Of a stretch of 52,858 bases of DNA, positions 22,701 through 36,760 are shown one piece after another. Numbering within the stretch: position 1 is the stretch's first letter; each line of letters starts with the position of its first letter. Position numbers and translations under genes: made by a program. A model generated the notes under the pieces. The model was not told the origin of the DNA. It saw only the letters and a list, made by a program, of their open reading frames with translations, and did not search any database. The stretch comes from Chromera velia (taxonomy: Eukaryota), in contig JAHBMJ010000247.1 in assembly GCA_018398765.1 (NCBI GenBank), positions 1 through 52,858 on the forward strand, written 5' to 3'.

Positions 22701-25700
22701 CTTCGTGAAAAGCGCGCTGAGGAAAACATCCTTCACACACACTGCGTGGGCAAGAGGGCACCAGAACAGATAGACGAAAGGAAAAGACAAAACAATGAGT
22801 GTCAGGGAAGAACGGAACTGTCGACGACAAATCCCGAAAGCTCTGTGGACACACAATTCACCTTTTTCAAAATGTATGACACATATCAATGCTTTTCGTT
22901 GTGTATTAATTCACCCAGCACACGAACCATGTCGACAAATGGTACGGTCCCACTGCCTCCATCAAATGTAGCAACAATTATCAACCCCAAAAGAATCGTA
23001 CACACACGTCAAACACGCTGACTGAGTGACTGACTGACTGACCACAGAGTTGCCAGTTGGTCCAACCGGAGGGAAGTCGGGTTTTCCCTTTGTTTCTCTT
23101 TTAGCCACAGAGTCAGACGAGGTCGGAAATCCTCCAGATGTTCCCAGAATGCCTCGCCATCTGGCAGACACGCACCCCCAGACACCCAAAAAGCATCCAT
23201 CTCCGCAACCCTCTTCTTCCACCTCGACGCACCTACAGAGCATGCCACAGAGGCTCGCACAAGTTCATGCGAGCTGAGGGGACAGGGGTCCTCAAAGAGC
23301 TTTTCTGTCTCTGTCTCGGTCCCTGAGCCCCCCTCCAGCCTTTCCATCTGCCTGTCGAGCGCGTCCGTCACACTCACCGCTAACCGGACCCCAGCCTCAG
23401 ATGGCACAGCCTCTTGAGCGATCCACCTGCTCATGCATGCAGTTTGGTGACAACAGAACACACGCAGGTAGAGGGGTTCAAAGAGGTAGACAGGCAGGCA
23501 GAACGACGCCGGACTACATAAACACCAACTTGGAAGCAAAAACGCAACAGTCGAAAGAAACAAAACCTTCTTTCTAGGAAGTTTCCCTCCCTGTTCAGGC
23601 TTTTTGTGTGCCCAGACTCAGTCAGTCTGCTATCAACCCGCACCAGAACATCCATCCATCCATCCATCCATCGAGGCAAACAAAGACAGAAAGAGGCTTT
23701 GGAAGGAACCAGCCGTCAGACCCTTGCAAGGGCATCTCGAACGGACACAGGAAGCAAGCAAAAATAGAGTCCTAACGGTGACTGTACGGAAGACAGAAAG
23801 AGAAAAGAAGACAGGTTGGACTGACAGCAGAGTAAAAAGGTTTCGTGTCAGGAACGGAACCGGCACGCCACTTTCGAATGTGTCCAGAATTCTCTGATAA
23901 GTGTCCGAAAAGAAAGGCTCTGGAGGACCGTCGTCAGAAAACACATCCTCCTCTTCACCCACTTCCCGCAGCATTTCCTCTCCCCCTTCTTGTGTTTGTC
24001 CATCCATAGGATCCTCTGAGGAACAGCTGCTTTCCATTTCTTCATTGGAATCTTTCAATTCTGTATCCCCTCTTACGACTCCCAACGCCTGTCGCGGAGG
24101 AAACCAGATGTCGCCCCTCCCCTTCTCCCCTCTTTCAAACCGGGTGTCCCCCTCCTCCTCGAACTGACGAAACCGATAAAGTCGCCTCTCGATTTCCTCA
24201 CCCAGCAGTAGATTGACTCTCTCCCCCCTTCCCCCGATTTCATTCAGACCCACCCTGGAAGACAGATAGACGCAACACAAAGAAAAAACATCCATAACAG
24301 TGTGTAGTGTATACATGAGAAGAGGGTATCGTATCTGACCCCCCCCAACTAGTCCCCTGCTCGACCCCATGTCAATCAGACTGCTGAACACTTTCTCACG
24401 GAAGTCTTCCCAACTGATGATGGGGAGGCAGCATGAAACAGAAAATGGAGAAGTTCCATGGGGAGGGGAAGTAGACACCAACATTCACCGAGTCGCCAGA
24501 GCAGAAAAAGAGAAAGAAGAAGAAGAAGTAGAAGAAGAAGAAGAAGAAGAAGTGAACAAGTAAAGGTTCCTTCCGCACTGTATGGAGATAAGATACGCAG
24601 ATCCACGGAAAGAGCAACTTGTCCCCTTCGCAAAGAAAGAATAGAAGAGAGAAAAAAAGGAAACATGGAATTATACAATCATGCACTTAATTGAAGAAAA
24701 TCCTTCATCACTCACTCGCTGACTCGCTCACTCACTCACTCACTCACTCACTCGAAAACTCACAAACTCAATCAAAACATTGACTGACAGCATTTCGAAA
24801 AGCTCCACGTTCTTCATTCTCTTTGTTCGTGAATGCACATAGATGTCCGACTCGAACGCAGACACCCACGCGTTGGAGAATCCATCTGAAAAAGACTCAT
24901 TTCCCCCTTCCCTCTGTCTCTGTAACGCTGCTCTACCTGCTGCTCTCACAATTGTCACAGCGTCGTGATCTCTCATCATCATCTTCCATCGAAAATTTTC
25001 CTCGAGATCCTCAAGCACAGCCTTCATCCGTCCAGTTCCTTTCCCTTCTCCTTCTGCACCCCTAAAGTCACCTGTTCCATTCTCCCCATTTGACACCAAA
25101 CCACCGTCCCCCTGCTGATTCTCAAACTCCTGCCCCTGTCCCCCCACAGGCTCTCCAACGTCTGCCTGCACGTGCTGCAGACCAAGAAACTTCTTGATCC
25201 TCTCTGCCTCAGACTGAAGCAGTTCCCAGAACTCGGCATCGCAGAACCCCATGGCGGCCACGCAATCTCTGCGACGGCCACACAAAACCACACAGGTATA
25301 GACACACACCGGATCGTGTGATACGTACACGAACCACTCACGTGCCTAGCCAATCATGAGAAGTGCACAGTGGAGGATGGCCGGGGGGCAGGGTGTAGCA
25401 TGTGAGCCAACAAACAAGAGATCGACAATACACAAGCAAGGGAAAAAAGGGTGGAGGGGGAGAGCAAAAAAAGGTATCGATCGATCATGGATCAGAGCAC
25501 GGTTTGGCAAATGAAAGGAAAGAAAAGTAGAAAAAAACGAATGGATCACCCTCCTCAGAGGAAACGTCAAAGACAAATTGTTTGAACCATCAGACTGACA
25601 AAAAAGGGACGAAGAACGCAACAAAAAAACACAAAAATGCAGAGAATTGCTTCTGCTTCCACTCAACTCGTGAAGGGCACCTGCGTCTCTTTTCTTCCTA

Positions 25701-26509
25701 TCCGTCGTTCATTCCTGTGATTGCCGGTCTTCACTACAGTCAGCCTTCTTCCCACGAGAATCTCTGTGCCTTTCTTTTCCACAGCCTTTGAGAAAATATG
25801 CTGTCCTGCCTGTCCTCACCACTGATTCTCTCTCCGTTCACCACTGGGAAAAAAACAGGTTGAGTAGACTGACGCGATGCTTGCGAGATTCTTTGCCGAG
25901 AAGAAGAAAAAGTCAATGCTTCCCGGTGTCCCTGTAGTGCGCCTGAGGGCCAGAGGCTTCTCCCTCGTGATGGCCAGAACGGCAGGTGACGCACCCCGTC
26001 TCTGCAGGCTTAGGTGCACAGGAGAGACTCTCCAACCTGTGCGAGGGTCCTCAAGGATCGGGATCAACAGGTTCGCTTTCTTTGAGAGACTCATCATTTG
26101 AAATTTTCCCCCTGGCCGACCCTGGGAGAGACGCAGCCGGACTGCAATCTCCTTCAACACCCCGCCACAGAAACGTCGAAAGACAGGGAGACGCACAGCA
26201 ACCATCCTGCATAGATACATGGCATTCATGGGTTCATTCAACCCATTCACGTGCATCAATGAATGAATGCATGCATGCATGTATGTGCAAAGGACCTGTC
26301 AGTCCAGGAATCCATCCGGTGTCTCAATCGAAAAATGAAAACAAATACGGAAGGTTGACAGACACTTGGAAAGAAAGCATGGTCGTGAGAAAGGAGTCAT
26401 GACGAGAGAAAAGGTTGGAGGACGAACCAGGGGACCCCTGCCTTCCGCAAAGCGCAATTTCAGAAAGGGCGAGTCGATTGGTGGACGAAAAATCAAAGCA
26501 GAAGAAGAG

Positions 26510-26551
<42 letters not shown>

Positions 26552-28930
26552 CTAACAGGAATGTGCAGAGCTCGTGTGCCGTCAAAGCCCGAAGCCGAAG
26601 CGGGTACCCCTGCGGATTCAGAGCAGCTCCACCCAGTTGGGCATCAGGAGCCGCCCCCGAGGGCCCGCCAGAGCCAGAAGAGGAGGAGAGTGGAATCACG
26701 GAAAATCCACAAGAGAGAAAGAACTCGCAGATCAAATCCAGTGCGGTTTCCCATTCCCGCAATTCTGCCCTTGAAACAAAAACTTTTTTCACCCCACCCG
26801 CCTTTTGCTTTACTTCTCCCACGGGAATTTCCTCGACGCTATCTTCGTCTTCCGTTCCACGACGTACCATCTCTCTATGGAGACAGCTCAGAACAAAAGC
26901 AGCACACTGATGAATGATATCATACAAGTACAAAACATCTCGAATGGTTCCGTAAGCGGATCGGAAACCCCAAAGGTCCTCTTCGTTTTTCGCATACTGC
27001 GCTAGTGCTCGCAGCCACACGCTCAGGTCATTAGAGGACCCGAAAAGCCGACGCACGATTTTCTGTAAGTGCAGCTGGGAGGGCTTTGGGATTCGTTTGC
27101 CTTTTGATATGTTATTGACAAGAAAACGGCGGAGCACGGCTGCGGCTGTGGCATGACCAGCAATGTCGAACAGGTCTGCTAACTCGGCAATTCTCGACAC
27201 AGTTGTTCCGATATCATCTGAGGCTGTGAGAACATCATCCAAAGATCTGCCGCTCATGATCTTCTCAAATCGATCCTGCTTTTCAATCTCTTCATCTGGC
27301 ATGTGACGCATTCTCTTCAAGTCGGCCGGGATTGAGCGCCCAGCTCTTGAGAAGCCCAGACGCATGATCTTGAAATTCGCGGGGGAGAAGTACAGCCACG
27401 TGTTCAAACCCCCCGCGTCTGGGTACATGACAGAAGGGTCCGGCAGTTCCCCTGCCCTGCTCAGGGTTTCCCTCTCGCTCCTGCTAGGGAATTCGACGTT
27501 CGCATTTTTGTCGGCCGTCCGTACGACCTCCCCCATCCGCAACCGCCGCCGCACTGCCAGAAGTGCCTTGTCCAACACTGGGCCTGTGTAGCCTAGTGAC
27601 CCTATGTGCCAGCTGCAGAGGGAAAAGAAAGAAAGTCGACAGGAAAGAACAAGAAAGAAACAAGCGGAGGAAAGACGGAAAAGAAGAGCACTGCTGGGCC
27701 TGAAAGGAAGTGCGACTGTTCACACAATGTACAGGTGTAAGCGGACATGGACAGCAGACGTGCACTGTCCTGCCATTTTTGTTTGCAAAGAAGCTCTATT
27801 TTCTTGTGTTCGTGTACCTGTTGAATGATGAACGATCTCTCGAACTGACGATTGACGGTCATTTTCTTCCTGAATCCAAGGAAAAAAAACAACCTTAGAC
27901 GACACCCAAAAGGTGGCAAACTCATTTCACTGATCCACGCTTGCACACACAATCCCACTCACTCACCCACTCAGTCCCTCACTCACTCACTCACTCACTC
28001 ATTCAACCCCCCAGTGACTTACATGAAATGGGCAAGCTGTACCGCATACACAGCCATGGCCCCCTTGGCAGTCATGAGATCCCCTGTCCCCGTCGCCCCA
28101 CCCGGAGACGGCCCCTCCCACTCGAGCTCCAGGTCCAGCAGTTTTCCGAATCTGCTCACGAGGGCCTCCAGCACCCCCCTCATTTCCTCATCCAGCTGCA
28201 CACACACGCCCTGCTGCGACTGAGCGCCCGTGCCCCCCATGACAAGCGTCGCCCGCGTCTCCGGGTCCATCGGAGGGCCGTGACGAAGATCAAAGACTCG
28301 ACGAACAATCCGAATAAAGTCGGATAGCTCACGTGCAGTGGTATGTCGCTCTGGATCCGCTAGGTGCCTCTGTACCTCTTTGCAGAGATGACGAAACACA
28401 GGGTCGCTTTGAAGTCGCTTCAATTCGAAAGCGAGAAGGTTCGGTACCACCTTCCTCTTCTGATCGTGGCATTGTTCATACTCATACCGGTCGAGTGCTC
28501 TGCCCAGGGCCTTGAATGTCAAAAGAAGCTGTCGGGGACCTAGACCGTCTCTGTACATGTCCGCAGTAAAGAGAACGTCCTCTGGCACCTGAGCGTCGGT
28601 GAGAGCAAACTCAAGAGCATTCCTTCGCTCTTTCTGTTCAGGTGTTGGGAGGATGGACAGGGGATCCAGGCCCTCTGCACCCCCCAAACGCACACCTTCA
28701 TTGATGAGCTCTGGAGACGGAAAGTCCCCCGAATGCACGGAGAGGGAAAATGAAGACCCCCTCACACGGCTGACTGATTTTTCAACCGATCTCCTTTGAC
28801 CCCCAAATGACAAAACCTGAAACGCAAGGCAGACCTGGTGGTGCGAGAGCGCAACGACCAGGAGGAATATTTTTAAGAGGAGAGAAAGAGAGCTGCTGCG
28901 TCCCTCCGTCTCCGTCCTGGCGAGTCGCAT
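18700..28930 (-). CDS. Large multi-exon protein with a bipartite plastid-type leader; helical-repeat (OPR/HPR/RAP-like) character
   Basis: ATG 28930; leader LLLKIFLLVVALSHHQVCLA|FQVLSFGGQRRSVEKSVSRVRGSS. Phase-consistent junctions checked at 28023/27612, 26557/26206, ~21891/~21485 and 19949/19213. Motifs such as LTAREIEEIMLACLRFR and MGFCDAEFWELL. Some internal exons are unresolved, so it could be more than one gene. Confidence 0.65.
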
Positions 28931-29918
28931 GGCGTCTCCGTCAACTTCTCTGTTGTCACACCATTTTCTGTACCAGCCACTGAGTTTAAAGGTATGAATT
29001 CCACTCCTGTAAGATTTGTCCCCGACAATTGACAGTCTCGGAGTCTGCGTAATCCTCCGGAATTCCTCCGGAGTATCGCACACTTTCTGCGCGGTCACTG
29101 AGTCACAAGGGAACTATATACCGTCGGCGCACAACGCTCCGGCCTCCAGGTGAAACACATTGACGGAGGTCATTCTGAAAGGTGCCCCACATGCATGCAG
29201 GCACATTCCGACGCAGCTTCGTGCGAGCAACTCGATCTGATGCCTTCCTTCGTCTCTTTCAAAATTTTGACCAAACAACCTCTTTTCACATTTTCTTTCG
29301 AGTTCGCCAGTCTTTAGTCGTCGTTTTCCGCTCGGAGTTGATGTTGCAAGTAAGCACTTGAAATCACGACAGGCTTTTGCAGCGTGCTTCACGCATCAGA
29401 AGGAAGAAATCGATTGTCTTTCTTTGGCGCTTTTTCTTGAGCGTCGTCTCGCTCGAAAAAGTCGCAGTCTCCTGATCGAATTTTCCTTTTCGTCGTGACA
29501 GGTTGATAATTGACTGACTTACACTCCTGCCGGTAAACTCTGAAGATGAGTGATGACGGATTTGAAGACGGGGCTGCGACATCGGAGCACCGCACATACA
29601 GCTGGCGTGAGTTTTCCGTGGCAAACCTCTACTCTCGGTTGCCTTTTTCAGTTTCCCGTCTCTTATTCTCGAACGACATTGGAATCTTCTCTGTGAGACT
29701 GGCTGCTTTCCGGGGCGCTCCAATACGTGTCAACAACTGGAAATGCACAGCAGACTTTGTGTGAATGATATTCCCGTTGACTATCGTTTTTCAATGAAGC
29801 CCGCTTCCTTCCCATGGTGTGCTACCTACCTCGTGAATTCAGGAGAGCTTGAGGCGACTAACCAGAGCTGCTTTGTCATTGTCGGAAATGCCCCCGAGAC
29901 AGGACTCCAGGTAGGTTG

Positions 29919-29962
<44 letters not shown>

Positions 29963-30379
29963 GTGTGTGTGCGTGTGTGTGTGTGTGTGTGTGTACTTGT
30001 ACATGGGTGTCTGTGAGTGCGTACGTCCAGGTACGTGGGTAGTCTATTCTTCTGCACGAAAAGAAGAAGAGAGGGGGGGAGAAAGAAAAATGTAGTATGC
30101 CTGTCGCCTCTGTCTTTCTCTTTATGCTTTTCCCTTTTTGGCAAGTTTTCACCACTAGTCTGCGTATTGGCCTCTTTTGCTTCCCAGTTTGCCTGGGCCC
30201 GCCTTCGAGCCCTTTCAACTCTATGTTTTGTGTCCGTCTCTTCGTCTCCTCGCAGCTTTCGTTCTCTCTTATTCGATCTCCATCTCTACTCCCTATCTCG
30301 ACTCACCGTCTCCTCGCGATCTCTCTCCCTCTGCCCTGCGCGTGAATCGTTTCAATTGTGCGCGCAGGCAGAAGAAAAA

Positions 30380-33300
30380 ATGCTGCCCGGAGGAGAATTG
30401 CTGAGGTGGGCTGGTCGAGGAAAAAGGGGGGAGAAATGCAACCTGGAATTTCTCTTGCTGTGGGTATCGCATTTCGCTGTTTGCCAGTGTTTTTTCCTTC
30501 TTTTGTCTCCTGCGTTGTCTTCCGTCCTTTACCCGGTCTCGTTTTCTGGAATCGAATCTTGCCCTTCCTCTCTCTTCTCTCTCATGCTTTTAACCGTCTT
30601 TCCCTTCCTGCACTCCCATTCAAATGTTGCAGAAAACGAAGTCTGGCTGCTGATGGGTCAACGCTCCTGTACCAATTCAGGGATACCCGATGTGCTGCCG
30701 TTTTCCGAAAGGCAGTTGACGGTCAGGCGGCCGTCCAAGTTTTCAGAAGGTTTAGACCTGGCTGTCGTTTGTCCTCACTTCACCCAGCAGTCTCCTTCCC
30801 CTCCTGGTTTGTGCGCATGGCCTCTGTTTTGTCCCAGACAATCACGACCTGCATGGAGAAGAAGTGCGTGTATCCTCCTGCACGCCTGTCATCTTTGTGC
30901 GGAACCAATGCACCTGCATGCCTGTCTTCTTTGTACGGAACCAATGCACCAAGTAAATAATGGGTGAGGCGTGAAAGAGATTTTGGAGATGATGAAAGGA
31001 ATGGATTCGCAAGCTCTCATTCACGGGATGAAAAGAAGAGGAAGAGGGAGATCGAGAGAGACGCGCTGGCGCACGACGGAGGGGCAGACAGAAAGAGAGA
31101 GAGGCGACAACCACCTATCCTTCTGGAAATTGACTGACTAGTGGATGGACGTGTGCGAAAGGAGTTCGCGAATGGAGCTTCCGGGCCGGTTTTGCTTTTC
31201 TTTCTGCCTGTCTGGCGGTCAGGCGAACTCTCTCTCTCTCTCCCTCTCTCTCTCTGTGTGTGTGTGTGTGTGTGTGTGTTTCGGTATTTATCATTGTTTG
31301 TGCAGGAAATGTACGGGGACGGGTGCCCTTCGAAGCCCGCTTTTGCCACGAAGAGAAGGTCAGTCAGTGAGTTACTTCATTTATTTTGTCCCTTTACTTG
31401 TCCAATCTCTTTTCTCACTCGAGCTGCCTGCCTTACGGGCCTCAACGTCTCATACCTGTCTTCATATGTGAACGCGCTCTTCAAGCTGTAGACAGCGACG
31501 GATTAGTCTCGTCCCTTGACGGAAGTCTGAAAGAAATTCTCTCCTTTCGTGTCCTCTCCAGCGGATTCTGACATGTCTTTTCTCCTCCCCAATAGGAAAA
31601 CGCCAATGCTGACTGTACTAATCTCAGCTGTATCTCCTGACGCAGGCCCAGCACCTCTTCGACGAGTGTGCGGAGCTGTACCAACCACACCAGCAGCAGC
31701 AGGCGCACACAGGCACAGCCGGCAGAGGATCGGGGGGAGAACGGAAGATCCGTCTGGAGAGACGCCCGCCCACTGATGCTGAGGAACTTCAGCAGAAGGA
31801 GAGGAGGATGGAAGAAGAGTCGAACAGAAGAGGGAGAACCAGACAGTCGAGTAGGGACGACGAGGAAATGGAAGATGTAGATCGTGACAGAGGGACCAAG
31901 AGAAGGGTTGAGATGGTCCACAATCTTCCCTCCCAGCAGCTGCCCCCCGAAGAAAAAGAGGACATTCCTCTGTTTCCCCCTGTAGGAGGAGGAGGCCGTC
32001 CGTTCCCTTCCCCTTCTGCTGCAGAAGAGAATGATGAAGTGAAGGTCGTCAGGCAGGTGTCGTCGTCTGGCGGTTCCACTGGAAGAATCCGTCTTATGAC
32101 CGCAGCAGCAGCAGCTGCAGCAGCCGCGGCTGCAGAGTCTGCCGCCACGACCTCTACAACCCCGGACGGCAAGGGGGTCCAGCAGATGAAAGGAAAGCGA
32201 GAGAGGGAAGAGCAAGAAGAAGACGAAAACGATGAAGGCCCCCCCTCAAGAAGTAAGGGAGGCGTAGTGCTCCGGCCGAATCCGAAAGTAGCGGCAGCAG
32301 CAGCAGCAGGAGGGGGTGGAGGGGGGGGGCAGGGGAGAGTTCGGCTGGTTGGCAACGGATCATCTCCATCTCCGTCTCCTTCTCCCTCCCCAGTGGAGAT
32401 CCAGATGGACGAACGTGAAACTCCCTCAGGGATGACTGTGCGTTCCCTTCCCCCCCCAAGGGTTCAGCCTGAGGCTTCTCCTTCTGGGCTGACGGCGCGC
32501 TCCCTTCCGCCGCCAAGGGTTCAGCCTCAGGCTCCCGCCCCCCCCCGTGTTCGCCCCCTTCTCAGATCGCGTGAGGAAAGGGAAAGGGAAAGGGGGAGAG
32601 CTGAAGAGGGGGAGGTTGCAGGGTCAGAGAAAGGCAAGGATAGAGGGGGGGGAGGTGAGAGCCCCCGTGTACTCAAACGCCGCCGCCAGGAAGAAAGAGA
32701 AGACAGGGGGGAAGAGTTTCCGGAAGGAAGGGGGCAGAGAAAGGATGAGATGATGGAATTTAACTTTGGCGTTTTGAGAGAAAAGGAGAGAGAAATCGAT
32801 AGAGGAGCAAGGGATGGGGGCATGAGAGGAGAATTTGTCAGACAGAAAGCGCCGCCTCTACAGCCGGACCATTCTGTGTCGAACTTGACGGGGATGGGGG
32901 ACAAGCATGTGATTGATATTGACTCCCCCCCTCCTACCTTTGTTGGTGCTGCTGGTCCAATTGTGATTGAGGATGACAGCCATGACAGCCGCCCCCTCCC
33001 TTTTCCTTTCATTCAACGGTTTGTTGTCCTATGGATACATCAATGTCAGGAGAGACAGAGAGTGAAAAAGAAGTCGGAGTGAAGGCAGCCAGATTTCTTC
33101 ATATTTGTGTTTCCCGCCTCCCCCATTTCTGTCGGTTTTGGCCCTCCACAAGGGGGCCAATTAGTTCTTTGCTTCACCGTCTGCACCGTCTGCCATGCAT
33201 TCATCATCCATTCATTCGTTCGTTCGTTCATTGTTTCATCAGTCATCACTCATTCGTTCATCACATTGATGGCTCGATCCTGAAAGCCTGTTTGACTTAT

Positions 33301-33829
33301 CCCGTACATTCACCTTTATTCTTGATGCATCGATTCATTTTTCACTGAACCGACTCCTCTTTCCCGTCTTCGCTGCGTTTTCTCGGCTTCTCTTCTCTCC
33401 TGTTCGCTTCAAAAGAAAGAATTGAAGCAGCGCCCCAAGAGAATGAATGAAAGGGATTTCGGGGCTTGAACAAAACAAGGGAAGAGGGAAAGGGTGGATC
33501 TCCCAGCCTGCACGCGGCTGCTGAGCGTATCCTTCCGAAGAGATGGAGTAATAAAGATACATGCATGCTTGCGTTCATGTACAGGCAGACTGTATTAATG
33601 GTGTGTGTATGATCTTGTGTATGTGTCCGTGCAGGACCTGTCTTGCAAACACAGGAAAACGGCCCTTCGGTGGTTGGTTCTTTTTTTCGCAAGCTTTCTT
33701 ATTTCTGTTATTACAGCGGTTTCTCTTTCATTCTTTGGCGACTAAAACCTTGAATGATGGTGTTGCCCCTCTTCTGTCTGCGTGAGCCAATAAGCCCTGC
33801 CTGATGAGGCACCTCATAGACTCTGTCTC

Positions 33830-33877
<48 letters not shown>

Positions 33878-36760
33878 GTCTCTCTCAGGTCTCTCTCGTT
33901 CAAATTTCACTCGCCTTCTTTGTCGCCCTTCTGCGGACTCTCGCCAATGCCTCTGTGTGTCGGTGTTTCTATGCCGGTGTGTTTGGCTGTATGGATTGAT
34001 GGACTGCATGGATGCAGCGGAGCACTTGAACACAGAGCAGAAACGGAAGGAGCATCGGGGCCTGAAGGAGAGCAATGAAGTCTTTCGTGAGTCGTTGAAT
34101 TAATGAATCAATAAGCCTGCCTGTCTCTCGAGTTTTTGTCCCCTTCCCTCTGAAAGCCCTGACTGACTGACTGACTGACTGACTGACCGACTGACTGACT
34201 GACTGACTGACTGACTGAATGAATGAATGAATGACTGTCGACTGCAGTTTCAGGTGACCCCTCTGTATTCTCATGTTTACATGAGAGGGGGAAAAGCAAA
34301 GAACGAGGAGAAAAGGAATGCGAAGAGTCGTTTCCATTGGTGCCCATACTTGTACATTTGCACAAGGCGTCGGGATCCTTAGAAGTTTTCTCGTGCATGC
34401 TGCGAGAGTTCTCCCAAATGCTTCTTCTGAAGATTGAGTACAGCAACCGGAGTGGGGCAACTGCCTTTTTGTTTTTGGTTCTCCCTTTTGTGCCGCAACA
34501 GAAGGCGTCAGCTCCAGAAAAGAGAGGAAAAAAGAGCAAGCGATGCTTCAAGGTGACAGGAGGGAGTATGCTGGTCGGTGTGGTGGAGATGGACGTTGCA
34601 TCATGTGTGTAGTATTTTTTCTCACCCAGTAACCAACGCCAAGGCCCACCACTTCACTTTTCCTTTTGACTGAAGCACTGACCTGCTCAAACAGACGGCA
34701 AGACGTCAATGCTCTCTCTGCTTGCAGAAATGATGAAAGAGCGTTTCTACAGGACGCAGACGGAGCCTCGAATCCTTTGGAAACCTCTCACTGCAGAAGA
34801 GGTCAGGGGAAGGACGTCGGCGTTTCTTTTTCTTTGAGAAGAGAGACTGGGAAAGCAAGGCGAAGAATTCCTCTTTTGCTCTTTTGTGTGTGTTTGGGAC
34901 GAACGTGTATTCTGGCCCTTCAACGAATACTGTGAGGTACATTTTTTCTCGTGTTTTTACAATCCTTCCTCCGGTGCTCACTCGACCAACGTCGCGATTG
35001 AATGAATAGAGCTTTATCTATGATCGCATGCAGCAAAGAGAACGGGCGAGGGACAGAAAGTCCCGTCTGGGGAACTGGCGAGACATCCAGCTCTTCGACA
35101 TGAAGAGGGACCAGGCCGATCGAGAGAGACGGTGGGGACCGGTCGCGAATGAGCTCCTGAAGGCCTCCGTCCCTATTGACGCCTTGTCTATCTGCCTTCC
35201 CGACCCTCAGTTCTTCGATGTGTTCCCAGAGCTCTCCCACTGGAAGCAGGCACTGGATCCCTGCACTTTGCGCTTCAAGGAGATCAAACAACAACGTCTC
35301 GCAGCTGCTACCGCTGCTGCAGCTGGTAGTGCGGGAGGGGGGGCACAGGTGCCGCCAATTAGTGGACAGTCTCCCTTCTCCATGTCTGAACAGCAGCGGG
35401 TCGTTCTTCGAGGGGACGGGGGGCGGCCAGGCGATGTGAGTGCAGCGTCGGGACCTTCGGGAGGCCATGAACAAGTGTTCTTGCAGGTTGGGTTGTTCTT
35501 TTGTTTAATTGTCTGTTTTTTCGTTGTGTGATGTTACATTGCCTCTCCTGCCCGCTCGCCTTTTTCTTCCGCTGTGCATTTGCGTTTGCTGTGTGTGCGT
35601 ATGTGTGTGTGTGTTTGTGTGCGCGTGTGCTTGCGAGGGTTGTTTCTTTCTTTTGCCTGTTTTCACTCTCTAAGCTTCTCTCGTTTGGTCTTCCAAAAAT
35701 TGTAGGGCTTGGCACTCCATTTACTCCATTGCGCTCGCTTCCTCAATGCCTGTCTGCCCCCTTTTGCATGAGCAATGCCTCTACCTCTGGGGAACCGCGT
35801 TGCCTTTCACAGCTCCTTCTCTCCCGCATTTCTTTGCAACTCCTTCCTTCCCTCTTCTTCTCCCTCCCTGTGAAGAATCTGCAGCCACAGCCAGGGAGCC
35901 GGCGGGCGTCCGTCCACACAAGCGCTGCGTCCTCCCAGGCGGCCTTCTTCCCGCCTCCCCGCATTCTGGGAGCTTCCCAGGCTTCGTCCCTCAATGGCAG
36001 CGATGTTGTTGTTGTGGACAGAAGCAGAGCGCCCCCAAGAGGCATGCACCCTGTCCCCCATCCACCACAGAGAGACAGAGACTCTCCGAGCGCGGGTGTC
36101 CACCAGGAGAGGGAGTCTCAGAGAGAGACGCCGGAAGCAGAAGCAGCAGAAGAAGAAGGAAGCCAAGCCCGACCCCTCGCTCCGATGATCCTTCCCAGAC
36201 CCGGGGGGGCCCTCCAGGCCCCCGGGATTCCAGGGAGGGTTCCCCCCCTCTTGCGGTCTCGAGACGCACGCTTGCAGGACAAGGAGAGGGCTGCAGGGGA
36301 TGACGGAAGAGAAGAAGGAGAATTGTGCGGAGGGGACGAGACGGAAGAAGGAGGAGAGGGCGAGGAGACCCCTTCCAACGCCCTTCCCCTGCGCGCAGCT
36401 GAAAAGGGAAGAGAGGACAGGGAAGAGGGCGAGGAGGTCATCGATCTTGAAGCTGAGAATTTCGACTGCGGTGAGGAAACATTCCCAGAAAGGGGAGGGG
36501 GGGGAGAAGAAGAGGGAGAGGCAACGGAGGGGTGGGACGCGGATGGGGACAGGGAGAGAGATTCCGCCAGTGCCCGAGAGAAGGAAGAGGAGGAGAAGTT
36601 GCAAGAGAATCCGGTTGGGGACGGTTTGAAGAAGGATGGGGGGGAGCAGGAGGCAGAGACGGAGAGCGTTCCTCTCCAGGCCTATCCGAGTGAGAATGGA
36701 GGAGAGGCGGGGGGTACCTGGGGGGACGATGAAGCAGAGTTGGTCGACTACGATCTGTAG
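30380..36760 (+). CDS. Multi-exon low-complexity Glu/Gly/Pro/Arg-rich protein of unknown function
   Basis: Long coding-like exons at ~31646-33018, ~34728-34801, ~35034-35486 and ~35876-36760 (ends DDEAELVDYDL-TAG), flanked by GT-AG introns. The start at 30380 is tentative. Confidence 0.5.
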
